Shown: positions 22,984 to 32,477, numbered from the stretch's first letter. The stretch is DNA of 38,595 bases from Chloroflexota bacterium (GCA_039024535.1 JBCCQC010000001.1:1-38595), one strand, 5' to 3'. Translations and numbers: made by a program. Notes: generated from the sequence alone by a model not told the origin.

Positions 22984-24414
22984 ATGATGTTAGAGCAGCT
23001 TGAAACCATGTTACGCGAGGCGCGCCTAGTCCGCTACCAGTGGGCGCAGGATACCCGCGACCGGGGCGAGGCAAGGGCACTGGCGAAACGCTACTACGAG
23101 GGCGATCACCGGGTAGAGCTGTCGCAGCAGATGAAAGACATGCTGCGTACACAGACCGGGTTCCGTAACAACTACTGCGAACTCATCGTGGACGGGCTGG
23201 TGAACCGGCTGGCTGTGCGCGGGATCGGCGCTGACAACGAGGCGGCTACACAGTGGGCGGACGACCTGCGTGCGGCGAACCGTTTCGATGCGCTGCAAAT
23301 TGATGTGCATGAGGCGACGATTTGCGATGGTGATAGCTACGTGCTCGTCAGCTATGACGAGGAAAGCCAGCAGGTGAAATTGACCTATGAACCCGCGTGG
23401 GACGGCGTGGAAGGCATGATTGGCGTTTACGACTATGCCGGGGCCGAACTGGACGCGGCGGTGAAGGTGTGGCTGGAGGCGAAGCGCACACGGGTAAACG
23501 TCTACTACCGTGACCGGGTGATGAAATATGCGATTGAAAGCGAACCGATTGACGATGAGCAGGAACCGGTGGGCACGCTCCAGTTGCTGGAGGAAATGCC
23601 CTGGCAGGTGGGCCGGGTGCCGGTCGTCCACTTCAAGCACAAGAGCCGCCGCAAAAACCGCAAGCGGTTCGGCATGTCGCACCTTGAGCAGGTCATCAGC
23701 TTGCAGGACGCCCTGAACCGCACGCTGGTGTCTATGATTATGACCTCTGAATTGTCCGCATTTGGTATCAGAATTGCGAAGGGCTTTCCGCCACCGGCAA
23801 AGCTCTCGCCCGGTGACTGGCTGGTGATTGGTGAGGACGGTCTGGGTAAAGACGATGTTGCTGATGCCTACCTGCTTGAAAGTGCAGAGATCATCCCGTT
23901 TATGGACGGGGCGAATTTCCTGATTGACCAGATGGGCACGATTACCAGCACCCCTCTGCCGGGGCTATCTGGCGGGGACACGGCCAGCGGCGAAAGTCTG
24001 AAGGAACGCAAAGAGAGCGCAGTGAGTCAGACGGAACGGGCGCAGGTGCGGTTCGGGAATGCGTGGGAGGACTGCATGGATCTCGCAGCAGCGGTGCATA
24101 ACACGTTTACCAGCGGCAACGCGATTGCGGATGGCGTGCGCTGGGATGCTCGGTGGAAGGATGCCCGCCCCCGTGACGGCCAGCTTGTGCGCGAACATGC
24201 GGCACTCATGCGCGACGCCGGGTATGAGCATGAGTTTCTCAGGATCATGGGAACGGTGCTGGATTACGATGAGGCGAAAATCGAAGTCCTGCTGGAAGAA
24301 AAGCGCGAGCAGGAACAGTCAGCTATCGCGTTGCTGGGCGGCAACCTCCCCGGCTTCGAGAACTTCAACACCGGGGGCGTCGTGAACGGCACCCCTGACC
24401 CCTCGCTGAACTGA
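22984..24414 (+). CDS. Portal protein
   Basis: 476 aa, directly after terL and before MuF. An N-terminal YYEGDH-type motif is typical of SPP1 gp6-like portals. Confidence 0.85.
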   Translation: MMLEQLETMLREARLVRYQWAQDTRDRGEARALAKRYYEGDHRVELSQQMKDMLRTQTGFRNNYCELIVDGLVNRLAVRGIGADNEAATQWADDLRAANRFDALQIDVHEATICDGDSYVLVSYDEESQQVKLTYEPAWDGVEGMIGVYDYAGAELDAAVKVWLEAKRTRVNVYYRDRVMKYAIESEPIDDEQEPVGTLQLLEEMPWQVGRVPVVHFKHKSRRKNRKRFGMSHLEQVISLQDALNRTLVSMIMTSELSAFGIRIAKGFPPPAKLSPGDWLVIGEDGLGKDDVADAYLLESAEIIPFMDGANFLIDQMGTITSTPLPGLSGGDTASGESLKERKESAVSQTERAQVRFGNAWEDCMDLAAAVHNTFTSGNAIADGVRWDARWKDARPRDGQLVREHAALMRDAGYEHEFLRIMGTVLDYDEAKIEVLLEEKREQEQSAIALLGGNLPGFENFNTGGVVNGTPDPSLN

Positions 24415-24446
24415 CCGCCATCACCCTACAGAAAAGTGCTTCTATG

Positions 24447-24523
24447 AACCTGTAAAGATTCTTTACAGGTTGCGCGTTACAGGTTGTGTAACCGTTTAGG
24501 ATACACCCGACTGTATGCATACA
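24447..24523 (+). promoter_or_regulatory. Hairpin and repeat cluster between the portal and head genes
   Basis: AACCTGTAAAG-att-CTTTACAGGTT (24447-24471). GTTACA-ggttg-TGTAAC (24476-24492). TTACAGGTTG occurs twice directly. 12-nt palindrome TGTATGCATACA (24512-24523). Confidence 0.4.
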
Positions 24524-24539
24524 TGTGGAGGGCTTTCCT

Positions 24540-24944
24540 ATGGCAGCACTTTCTATCACAGCAGCAAATGTTCTACCGGGTACCGGCGCAATTAATGTGC
24601 AGCGCACAGGCGGCACAACACTGACGGCGGGCGTCCCGGCATATGCCGATAGCACGGACAGTTTTGAACTCAAACCGGCGGCGAATACGTCGGCAACACT
24701 GGCCGCTGTTGTGGGCATCATCCTGCAAGGCGTGGGGGATGGTCAGCCGGTTCTCGTGCAGATAGACGGCACAATTGACGGCGTGGGGGCTACAGAGGGC
24801 GTCGTGTACGTGCTGGGCGCTGCGGGCGAGATTGTCCCGGTAGCCGATCTGGTTGCTACCAATTTTGTCACGCTGATTGGCGTGGGCAACGCTGACGGCG
24901 GCATTGACCTGAGCATCAAAGCGACGGGTTCGCAGGTGCAGTAA
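24540..24944 (+). CDS. Small Gly/Ala/Val-rich head-associated protein (DUF2190-like decoration/cement candidate)
   Basis: ATG at 24540 after GGAGGG. The composition and GxxV-rich beta pattern resemble DUF2190. Tentative. Confidence 0.6.
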   Translation: MAALSITAANVLPGTGAINVQRTGGTTLTAGVPAYADSTDSFELKPAANTSATLAAVVGIILQGVGDGQPVLVQIDGTIDGVGATEGVVYVLGAAGEIVPVADLVATNFVTLIGVGNADGGIDLSIKATGSQVQ

Positions 24945-26654
24945 TTGGTCACCAATGCCAACACGCTGAACCGGCTGGTAGATGACCTGCTTGACCGGGG
25001 CTATGACACAGCCACACGCACGCTGATTGACGCGCTCTCGCGTTCCGTCTCCGGGGGGCGTGTGGCGCGGCGGCTGGGCGAACTCGACAATGAAGTTGTG
25101 CGATTGACGCTTGAGGGCGAACGCTTGCAGCCCGATAACCCGGTACTGGTGGCCCTGTTGGGCGATCTCGAAAGCGAGTTGCGCGAGGCGGCTACCGCGA
25201 TGCGTCGTCAGTCCAGTGATTTGCAGGCACGCGCAGCGGTCGCCAGTGAACGACTTACGCGGGAACTCGCCCTGCCGGGGCTGAGTAATGCACAGCTTGT
25301 CAGCATCGGTATTCAGTGGAACACACCCGACGCTGAGGCGGTCAACGCGCTCATTGGCTACGTGGGGTCGTTTCAGTGGGATGCAGAGCTGGCACGGTTC
25401 CCCGGCCTCATTGTGGGTACCGTGCGGAATCAGGCGATACGCGGGATTGTATCCGGGTGGAGTCCAGAGCGTGCCGCGCGGGAAATCCGGCGGGTTACGC
25501 AGGGGCTGGCACCGGCTCAGGCCAATAATCTGATGCGGACGCTGTACCTGCAATCGTACCGGCGTGGCGCAGCCATTCATCAGCAGGCCAACGCGGACAT
25601 CCTCGAAGGCCAGATCAGGGTAGGGGTGCTGGATAACAGAACATGTCTGGCGTGCATTGCCCTGCACGGTACCAGGTTACCCGTGGGCGAGGTCGTAGTA
25701 GATCACCATCAGGGCCGCTGTACGTCCATTCCGATTGTGCGCGGACGGCGGCGGAACATCCAGACGGGTGAGCAGTGGTTTAACAATCTCTCGCCAGCAG
25801 AAAAACAGAACATGGCGGCGTTCCGACGCTCGCCGGGGAAACTGGAAGCGCTGAACAGTGGTCGGGCCACGTTGCAGGACTTCGTAGTGCGCTACGAAGA
25901 CAGCGTGTTCGGGGAGATGGTGCGCGAGGGATCGCTGCGAAATGCGCTGGGCGGGGCCAGCCCACCACGCAGGCGGGGGCCACGCGGCGGCAACTCACCC
26001 GGCCAGATTGTCACTGGCGAGGGTTATCGCGCTGACGACCGCAACGCCTTCAACGGGATTAACGACCGGGCCAGCCTGACAGCATTTGTGCTGGATGACG
26101 GCCTGCGGGCGGCGGATATGTGGCGCACCGGGGCGCTGGGCTTTGGTGCTGATGGCGAGGTGAGCATTGATAACGCTGTGCTGCGCGAGTACGTGAAACG
26201 CTATGTGCGTGAATCACGGTCATCCTACGAAAGCCGGGACGCCCTGCGCACGATTATGCAGAGTTACCTGCAAGACAGTTACGACATCTCGTTATCGCTT
26301 GAGGAAGCAGACGGGGTGATTAACGCAGATGAGGCCCGCCGCGCAGAGGCGCTGTTGAAACTCGCAGAGGTCAGCGGGTTGCGGCTCACGGACGCGCAGC
26401 AGCGCAGGCTGAACCGGGCGCGTAGTGGCGAATACCTTGATATGACGTTTGAGGAAGTGGGCGAGGCCGGGACGTTCTTAAACGAAATGGCTCGCGCACG
26501 GGATCGGCGCAGCGGTGTTCGCCGCGACAGCGCGGAGTATCGACGGATGAAAGATGACTTTGACCGGCAAATGGGCCGTGGCGATTATCTTGAGGGGCCA
26601 GCACTCGCAGAGATGCAACAACAGGCACGCGACAGACGCAGGGGGGTTCGATGA
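24945..26654 (+). CDS. MuF / SPP1 gp7-like head morphogenesis protein with a C-terminal extension of about 230 aa
   Basis: DNRTCLACIALHGT...DHHQGRCTSIP is the MuF signature. A TTG start directly after the upstream TAA is assumed. Arg-rich helical C-terminus. Confidence 0.8.
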   Translation: MVTNANTLNRLVDDLLDRGYDTATRTLIDALSRSVSGGRVARRLGELDNEVVRLTLEGERLQPDNPVLVALLGDLESELREAATAMRRQSSDLQARAAVASERLTRELALPGLSNAQLVSIGIQWNTPDAEAVNALIGYVGSFQWDAELARFPGLIVGTVRNQAIRGIVSGWSPERAAREIRRVTQGLAPAQANNLMRTLYLQSYRRGAAIHQQANADILEGQIRVGVLDNRTCLACIALHGTRLPVGEVVVDHHQGRCTSIPIVRGRRRNIQTGEQWFNNLSPAEKQNMAAFRRSPGKLEALNSGRATLQDFVVRYEDSVFGEMVREGSLRNALGGASPPRRRGPRGGNSPGQIVTGEGYRADDRNAFNGINDRASLTAFVLDDGLRAADMWRTGALGFGADGEVSIDNAVLREYVKRYVRESRSSYESRDALRTIMQSYLQDSYDISLSLEEADGVINADEARRAEALLKLAEVSGLRLTDAQQRRLNRARSGEYLDMTFEEVGEAGTFLNEMARARDRRSGVRRDSAEYRRMKDDFDRQMGRGDYLEGPALAEMQQQARDRRRGVR

Positions 26655-26860
26655 ACTGGCTGGATAGTGATTTAGATGGGCGGATGGTCTTCAGTGAGTA
26701 CCCTGCGCCGGGATGGTTCGGGGTGATTATTGGCATTCTGGAGGACGGCAGTCAGTATGCCGTGGAGAATCTGATGATAGAGCCGCCGGAAGATCGACCG
26801 GTGATGATGCTACCGGCAGAGGATATTGAAAGCTACTTAGCCGATACGCTGGAGGGCTGA
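26651..26860 (+). CDS. Small acidic hypothetical protein (69 aa), coupled to MuF
   Basis: ATGA overlap with the MuF stop. Confidence 0.55.
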   Translation: MNWLDSDLDGRMVFSEYPAPGWFGVIIGILEDGSQYAVENLMIEPPEDRPVMMLPAEDIESYLADTLEG

Positions 26861-26861
26861 C

Positions 26862-27125
26862 ATGGCCGCTGAATTTTCGTATGAGACCCGACGGCATGAG
26901 TTCAACTATCACAGCTATGTGCGCTGGCGTGGGATGAGCCTCGCCGTTTACATCGAACGGGACGGTAACCAGTTCCGCTGGCAGGGGACGTTATACCGGC
27001 ACGGCATGTACTCGCACACGCACTACAGCCCGTGGTTTGCGGCGAAATCTGCTGCGGAAGCGGACGCGAACCATCAGGCACGTAAATTACTGCACAGGAA
27101 AATTACTCCGCAGAATGCGCGTTAG
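26862..27125 (+). CDS. Small basic, His/Tyr-rich hypothetical protein (87 aa)
   Basis: ATG 1 nt after the upstream stop. Confidence 0.55.
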   Translation: MAAEFSYETRRHEFNYHSYVRWRGMSLAVYIERDGNQFRWQGTLYRHGMYSHTHYSPWFAAKSAAEADANHQARKLLHRKITPQNAR

Positions 27126-27159
27126 TGATGGTGAACTGCGATAGGGTAGCGGTGTAAAC

Positions 27160-27777
27160 GTGTATCAACACACAGGACAGGGCTGGATGCCAGACGATAA
27201 CGGAACACCAGACGACAACGCAGAGAACGCCCCGCCACAGCCGGAACAGGATTCCGGGGGCGAGGATAACAGCGATAGCGGTTTTTCTGCGTTACCCGCG
27301 TGGGCACAGGATGAAATCCGCAGCCTGCGCAATGAGGCGGCAAAACGTCGCACGCAAAACAAAGAACTGGCAGAGCGCATGACGCAGCTAGAGGCTGACC
27401 GCCAGAAGCGGCTGACAGAGCAGGAACGCTTACAGGAGATGGAAGCGGAACTGCAATCCTTACGCCAATATGAGGCGCTTGCAAAAACCCGCGCAGAGCG
27501 TATCGCGGCCAGCAACACACAGCGTATTGCTGCGATACCGGAGCACATGCGCAGCCTGATCCCGGACGGCACGCCGGAAGACGTGGCCGCGTATCTGGAT
27601 AAGAACACGCATTTGCTCACGAAACCTGTTGCGCCGAATCTGGACGCGGGGGCCGGGGGTAATGGTCGGGCGCAGCCGGAACTGTCCGAGAAGGATAAGG
27701 CGGCAGCAGCACTGGCACAGCGGCACGGGTTCAAAATCGACCTCAAGAAAATGGCGGAACGTCAGAATAAAAAATGA
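27160..27777 (+). CDS. Scaffolding protein candidate
   Basis: 205 aa, acidic N-terminus, long coiled-coil (NKELAERMTQLEADRQKRLTEQERLQEMEAELQSLRQYE). Lies upstream of the capsid gene. Start is GTG 27160 or ATG 27187. Confidence 0.65.
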   Translation: MYQHTGQGWMPDDNGTPDDNAENAPPQPEQDSGGEDNSDSGFSALPAWAQDEIRSLRNEAAKRRTQNKELAERMTQLEADRQKRLTEQERLQEMEAELQSLRQYEALAKTRAERIAASNTQRIAAIPEHMRSLIPDGTPEDVAAYLDKNTHLLTKPVAPNLDAGAGGNGRAQPELSEKDKAAAALAQRHGFKIDLKKMAERQNKK

Positions 27778-27785
27778 GGTGACAC

Positions 27786-28184
27786 ATGGCAGGATTTACG
27801 CCTGTATATAACCTGCATGGTTGCGCGCCCATCGTGCGCGATTTTGCAGTTGCCAGCGGCTACACATCACCGGCTATCGGTGACATCGTGAACATCGAAA
27901 GCGGTGAGGCAGCACTGGGCGCGGCGGGGGATACCCTGCTGGCCGGGGCTGTTCTCGCAATCAACGAGGCCGGGACTGTGGTTACGGTGAACGTTGACCC
28001 GACAACGGTGTACGAAGTGACGGACGCGAACGCCCGCGCAGAGGGAGCAACACTTGACCTGAACGCCACAGCGGATGGGGTAGCGGCCAGCAGCGCAACT
28101 GATCTGGTTGTGATTGAGTCCAGCGCGGCCACGGCTCCGACCCGTGTGCGTATCATCCCGTCAAGCCATTACATGGGAGGCTAA
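27786..28184 (+). CDS. Small Ala/Thr/Val-rich head protein (decoration-like candidate)
   Basis: ATG after GAGGTG. Lies between the scaffold and major capsid genes. Confidence 0.6.
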   Translation: MAGFTPVYNLHGCAPIVRDFAVASGYTSPAIGDIVNIESGEAALGAAGDTLLAGAVLAINEAGTVVTVNVDPTTVYEVTDANARAEGATLDLNATADGVAASSATDLVVIESSAATAPTRVRIIPSSHYMGG

Positions 28185-28187
28185 ACC

Positions 28188-29099
28188 ATGCAGCTAGGAC
28201 AGAACTTCACACAGCTTACCGATCTTGACCCGATCCTGAGCGAACTGTTTTACCAGCACTACGAAGACCTTCCCGAGTACCGGGGTGCTTTGTTTCGGGT
28301 GATCCAGTCCGAGAAGGCGAAAGAAACTGACCTGCGTGTGGGCGGGTTCTCTGATCCCGAAGACCTGCGCAGTGGTGCTGGTACGGTGACTTACGATACC
28401 GCAGAGCGTGGCCATGAGATTGACTATCGTCATACGCTGTTTGCACAGGGCTTTCAGATTCGCCTGGAAGATCTGGAAGATTTGCAATATGACGGCATTT
28501 TTCAGAACGCCAGTGACCTTGCTGTGGTGATGCGCCGCAAGATGGAAAAGGATGCAGCGGACTTCCTGAATAACGCTTTCGATAGTGGTTTTCCGATCTA
28601 TGACGGGCAGCCGCTGTGCAGTGCAAGTCACCCGCGCAGCCGGACAGACTCCGAAACCGTCAGCAACTATGTGGGTGCTAAGGCACTGACAGCGGCTAAC
28701 CTTGATGCCGCAATGGTGCAGCTTGAGGAACTGGGGGACGACATTGGCGAACTCACGAACGCGATGGCGAATCTGGTGATTGTGGGACGTGCCCAGCGCA
28801 AGAAAGCGGTTGAACTGCTGTTGAGCGACCGGGAAGCCGAAAGCGCCAACAACGCCACGAACTTCTTTAACGTGGGCGCTGATATGAATCTGTTGATTCA
28901 CCCGCGTATCAAGGGCAACAAGTGGTTCGTTGCCGATAGCACGATGGTTCAGCGTTACATGAAGTGGTACGACCGCCGCCCGGTAACGTTCTCCGCAATG
29001 GATGACTTCGACCGCGAGGTACGCAAGTACAAAGCGACCATGCGTTACAGCTATGGCGCGTCGGACTTCCGTCAGATTGTCGGCTCTAATCCGAGCTAG
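28188..29099 (+). CDS. Major capsid protein (Mu gpT-like size and position)
   Basis: 303 aa with a GGAGG SD. Follows MuF and scaffold. Followed by a strong UUCG-loop hairpin. Confidence 0.8.
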   Translation: MQLGQNFTQLTDLDPILSELFYQHYEDLPEYRGALFRVIQSEKAKETDLRVGGFSDPEDLRSGAGTVTYDTAERGHEIDYRHTLFAQGFQIRLEDLEDLQYDGIFQNASDLAVVMRRKMEKDAADFLNNAFDSGFPIYDGQPLCSASHPRSRTDSETVSNYVGAKALTAANLDAAMVQLEELGDDIGELTNAMANLVIVGRAQRKKAVELLLSDREAESANNATNFFNVGADMNLLIHPRIKGNKWFVADSTMVQRYMKWYDRRPVTFSAMDDFDREVRKYKATMRYSYGASDFRQIVGSNPS

Positions 29100-29107
29100 T
29101 GCGCAGA

Positions 29108-29127
29108 GGGCATGGTTCGCCATGCCC
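29108..29127 (+). terminator. Hairpin GGGCATGG-ttcg-CCATGCCC after the capsid gene
   Basis: 8-bp stem with a UUCG tetraloop, 9 nt after the stop. No U-tract, so it is likely a partial terminator or mRNA stabiliser. Confidence 0.5.
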
Positions 29128-29177
29128 CTGTTGACGACACACAACATGTTTTCTGCTGATTGAACGAGAGGGCCGGT

Positions 29178-29537
29178 ATGACGGTGACGAATTTCCCGAA
29201 TGGTGTTAATGGGCCATTTCTGCAAGATGTTGAGGTCGCAAGCGAAGACGGTGCTGTGACTATCAAAAGCGGCATTGTGGCGATTACGAAGGCCGGGGTT
29301 GCTGCATTGACACTGGCTGCACCTACAGCCGGGGATGATGACGGCAAGGTGCTGGTGATTGACAGCCACACAGCCAACGCGCACACACTGACAGTTGCCG
29401 GTGGCCTGCGCGGTGCTGGTGCTGGTGCAGATGTTGGCACGTTCGGCGGGGCGATTGGTGACGGTGTGACGCTGTATGCATACAACGGCGCATGGTACCC
29501 GGTTCCCGGTAGCAACCTTAACGTGACGTTCGCGTAG
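29178..29537 (+). CDS. Small Gly/Ala-rich virion protein candidate (119 aa)
   Basis: ATG at 29178. AGDDDGKVLVIDSH...GGLRGAGAGADVGTFGGAIGDG. Confidence 0.6.
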   Translation: MTVTNFPNGVNGPFLQDVEVASEDGAVTIKSGIVAITKAGVAALTLAAPTAGDDDGKVLVIDSHTANAHTLTVAGGLRGAGAGADVGTFGGAIGDGVTLYAYNGAWYPVPGSNLNVTFA

Positions 29538-29545
29538 GTGTTGTG

Positions 29546-29917
29546 ATGGAAAAGATAACTCCCATTGCCATCACAACCGAAGGTTCCGACGGGAGCGCCA
29601 CAGGTACGGGTTCGAGCAGTTACCCGGTGAGTGGCCGCGTTGTGGGCGTGCATCTGGATTACTCCGCATCGCAAGCGGCAACAACGGATGTAACCATTAC
29701 CGCAATCGATCCAGATTTACCCGTGCTTGTTGTGGCGAACAATACCACGGATGGGTGGTACTTCCCGGTGACAACAGCGAATCTGAACACAGACGGCTCT
29801 GAGGTCTCCGGTGAAGTAGTGCGCGGGGTGCCGGTTGACGGGTATCTGGCGGTCAGTGTGGCCGGTGGCAATGACGGCGAGACCGTGACCGTCACGATTC
29901 TTGTAGAGCGTTGCTGA
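29546..29917 (+). CDS. Hypothetical head/connector-region protein (123 aa)
   Basis: ATG at 29546 (GTG at 29543 is an alternative). Thr/Gly/Val-rich. Confidence 0.6.
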   Translation: MEKITPIAITTEGSDGSATGTGSSSYPVSGRVVGVHLDYSASQAATTDVTITAIDPDLPVLVVANNTTDGWYFPVTTANLNTDGSEVSGEVVRGVPVDGYLAVSVAGGNDGETVTVTILVERC

Positions 29918-30273
29918 TGACGTTCACCTACACACCATCCGACACACCCACGGACTTAACCCGCGTGCGGTTCCTGATTGAGGACACCGTTTCGCCGGGG
30001 CTGTTGTCTGATGCGGAAATCAGCATGGCGATTGCTACGAATGACGGCAATTACCGGCGTGCGCTGGTGCCGTGCATCAACGTGATTCTGGGTAAGCTAT
30101 CGAAGGAAAGCGGTGTGGAGTTGGACTGGCTCAGTGTTGACCGGGGTGACGCACTCGCGCACTACCAGACCCTGAAGCGCGAACTTGAGCGCGAGTTCAG
30201 TGTGGGGCGGCGGTTGATCTCCGGTGGGGTGCAGGGTGTCTCCCGGCGCGATTATGGAGGTGACAATGTCTGA
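29917..30273 (+). CDS. Head-tail connector candidate (118 aa)
   Basis: TGATG overlap at 29915-29919. Call is based on position after the capsid genes. Confidence 0.55.
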   Translation: MTFTYTPSDTPTDLTRVRFLIEDTVSPGLLSDAEISMAIATNDGNYRRALVPCINVILGKLSKESGVELDWLSVDRGDALAHYQTLKRELEREFSVGRRLISGGVQGVSRRDYGGDNV

Positions 30274-30475
30274 CACAATCACAGTCATTCAATACGACGT
30301 GAACCGGGAATATAGCTGGGATGTGTATTTCAATGATGACCGGATCATATCAACGACCGATTCCAGCGCAGCCTATGATCTCGCTAAGTGGCTCGGAGAA
30401 AAGTACCCCGATGCCACTGAGGTTCATAAAAGTCGTAGCGATGCTGATGGCTCGCATACAGAGATAGGTCGGTAG
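30266..30475 (+). CDS. Small hypothetical protein (69 aa)
   Basis: ATG at 30266 after GGAGGTG. Overlaps the upstream stop. Confidence 0.5.
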   Translation: MSDTITVIQYDVNREYSWDVYFNDDRIISTTDSSAAYDLAKWLGEKYPDATEVHKSRSDADGSHTEIGR

Positions 30476-30847
30476 ATGTTCAGTTCTAACTCGCTAACCC
30501 GGTTCCGCAATCTGCTGGCAAAGAGCCTCACGGACACCTGCACGATTGAACGCGAAGCCACGGCGCAGGATCAATATGGTGCGAGTTCGCATTCGTGGGA
30601 AGTGGTAGCCGACGGCGTGAACTGTCGATTGATTCAGGGTGGTGAGAGCAACAGCAGCGGCGCACAGCGCAGCGGTGAGCGGGAAGTGCTCGAGGAAGAG
30701 TACAAAGTCGCGTTGCCGTGGGGAACTGATGTGGGCGCGGATTACCGCATTACGGTAGGCGATGTCCGGTATCTGGTTGTGCGTGTGGAACAGGCATTGA
30801 CTGATGATGTGATGACGATGGCACTGGTGGTGAGAGACAATGGCTAG
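30476..30847 (+). CDS. Head-tail joining/adaptor protein
   Basis: 123 aa. The ...YRITVGDVRYLVVRVEQ pattern is typical of head-tail joining proteins. Confidence 0.65.
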   Translation: MFSSNSLTRFRNLLAKSLTDTCTIEREATAQDQYGASSHSWEVVADGVNCRLIQGGESNSSGAQRSGEREVLEEEYKVALPWGTDVGADYRITVGDVRYLVVRVEQALTDDVMTMALVVRDNG

Positions 30848-31250
30848 TGCATCCCGGCTGGATAAACGCAAGCTAGAGCAGATGATACGCTCGCAGCCGT
30901 CGAAAACCGACGCATGGCTACGCGGCGTTGCGCTGACGATGGAAGGCAATATCAAGCAGAGTATGCTCGATTCCCCCGCCAGTGGTGCAACGTATTCACG
31001 CGGTGAGGGGCGCACGCACACAGCCAGTTCACCCGGCAACGCACCCCGGCCAGACATGGGGGCGCTCATAAACAGCATCCGCATGGAAAAGGTCGGACGG
31101 CTGCACTACGAAATACGCGATGGCGTGGAGTACGGGATTGCACTGGAAGACGGGACGACCCGCATTGCGGCACGTCCGTTTATGCGCCCGGAGTTCGAAC
31201 GCCAGCGGTTGAATCTGGCAAATGATGCAAAGAAGCACCTGTTCTCATGA
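30840..31250 (+). CDS. HK97 gp10-like tail-completion / head-closure protein
   Basis: PGNAPRPDMGALINSIR...YGIALEDGTTRIAARPFMRP matches the gp10-family pattern. Confidence 0.7.
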   Translation: MASASRLDKRKLEQMIRSQPSKTDAWLRGVALTMEGNIKQSMLDSPASGATYSRGEGRTHTASSPGNAPRPDMGALINSIRMEKVGRLHYEIRDGVEYGIALEDGTTRIAARPFMRPEFERQRLNLANDAKKHLFS

Positions 31251-31666
31251 CCGCGCTGGCCGCGCTGCACACGGCGCTGTTTAACCGGCTGCGCACAGGC
31301 ACGCAGTGGGGTGACGTGTACGCGGACATGGCTCCGGCGGATACCCCACGGCCCTACGTGGTGTTTATCTACGCGGGCGGCGGGGAACTCCTGTTCACAC
31401 AGGACGCTCAGAACGCCCGATTAGTCATCACGGTGAAAGCGGTTGCGGATACACAGGCGGCGGCTTTTGCCGGGGCTGCGGAGATAGAAACGCTGCTGCG
31501 CTCACAGGGCACGCTTGAGGGCGGCGGCTTGACCGTGACGAACGGCTGGAACATCACGGCCGTCACACAGGATCGGGTGATTCACCTGACAGAGACCTAT
31601 CAGGGCGCAAAGCCGATCTATAACGATGGGCACCAATATGTATTTATGATGGAGAGGGACATATGA
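31247..31666 (+). CDS. Tail terminator/completion protein candidate
   Basis: ATGA coupling. 139 aa. Lies immediately upstream of the major tail gene. Confidence 0.6.
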   Translation: MTALAALHTALFNRLRTGTQWGDVYADMAPADTPRPYVVFIYAGGGELLFTQDAQNARLVITVKAVADTQAAAFAGAAEIETLLRSQGTLEGGGLTVTNGWNITAVTQDRVIHLTETYQGAKPIYNDGHQYVFMMERDI

Positions 31667-32106
31667 ACCCGGTATTGAACAGCAATGACGTGTTCCTGTC
31701 GCTGGGCGGCACGGACATCAGCGCATACTTCACGGCGGAAACCTCGCGCGAGGTAAGCATCAACATGGTAGACGTGACGCATGGTTCAGGTGTGGAATGG
31801 TCGCTGATGCGTCCGGGCCTGAAGTCCTACAGCATGTCGCTGACGCTGGCCTACAAGGTCAACCTGTACCAGACGGACATTGAGCCGGTGTTGACCAGCA
31901 TCATGGCGAACGATACACAGGCCACGCTAATTTATGGCCCGGAAGGGCAGGCCAGCGGCAAGCCCCGCGATGAGGTGGACGTGTTCATTGAGAGCATGAC
32001 CGGCCCCACACTGACAATCGAAAAAGACATGGTGGTGATCGAACTATCACTTGTGGCCGCCGGTGAACCCGTTGCCTACATTGGCGGGGGCGGCGTATTC
32101 GCATGA
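31663..32106 (+). CDS. Major tail protein
   Basis: 147 aa, directly upstream of the G/GT chaperone pair. ATGA coupling. Confidence 0.7.
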   Translation: MNPVLNSNDVFLSLGGTDISAYFTAETSREVSINMVDVTHGSGVEWSLMRPGLKSYSMSLTLAYKVNLYQTDIEPVLTSIMANDTQATLIYGPEGQASGKPRDEVDVFIESMTGPTLTIEKDMVVIELSLVAAGEPVAYIGGGGVFA

Positions 32107-32477
32107 GTGAGAGCCACCCGACGTTTGATTTCAGCACAGTGAACCGTGAATGGCGATTGCTGCTGATGCGGGCGGACACAAAAGCCTCCCGCATAGGGCG
32201 CAAAATTGACCGGATGAACGCTGATCTGGATGTGAGCGAAGATGACATTGACGCGGCATGGAAGGCATTTGCTGAGGCAAATGACCACCGCGATACATTG
32301 CTGTGCCAGATTATCGCAGACGTGCCGCGCGAGTGGCTGGTGAAAGATGCCCCCGCCAGTGTCAGTTTTAAAGGCGGAGCGGGTCTGAAGCATCTCCGAG
32401 CAGATCGATATGACGAGCTGATGCAACTGGCAAATGAACGGATGCAGCACCCGGCGGGAAAATCCGAGACGCCCTAG
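32103..32477 (+). CDS. Tail assembly chaperone (lambda gpG analogue)
   Basis: Lies between the major tail and tape measure genes. Contains a slippery heptamer near its 3' end. Confidence 0.8.
   Translation: MSESHPTFDFSTVNREWRLLLMRADTKASRIGRKIDRMNADLDVSEDDIDAAWKAFAEANDHRDTLLCQIIADVPREWLVKDAPASVSFKGGAGLKHLRADRYDELMQLANERMQHPAGKSETP

Noticed and set aside
23026-23682. 218-aa - strand ORF inside the portal gene, and similar long antisense ORFs (33013-33714, 30494-31084, 27165-27746, 22301-22810)
   Set aside because: All lie antisense to syntenic structural genes and have biased, repetitive amino-acid composition.
24573-25667. 364-aa - strand ORF opposite the MuF and decoration genes
   Set aside because: It is antisense to a gene carrying the MuF signature, has Arg/Gln/Cys-rich low-complexity translation, and has no plausible start context.
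28194-29384. 396-aa - strand ORF opposite the major capsid gene
   Set aside because: It is antisense to a well-supported capsid gene with SD and synteny. Its His/Arg/Cys/Val-rich composition is typical of the antisense frame of GC-rich coding DNA. It also has no SD and breaks the operon logic.
27786-29537. Claim that the three small Gly/Ala/Val-rich head-region proteins (24540-24944, 27786-28184, 29178-29537) are paralogues
   Set aside because: They share composition and size, but I could not align them convincingly by eye. They are listed as separate decoration-like candidates only.
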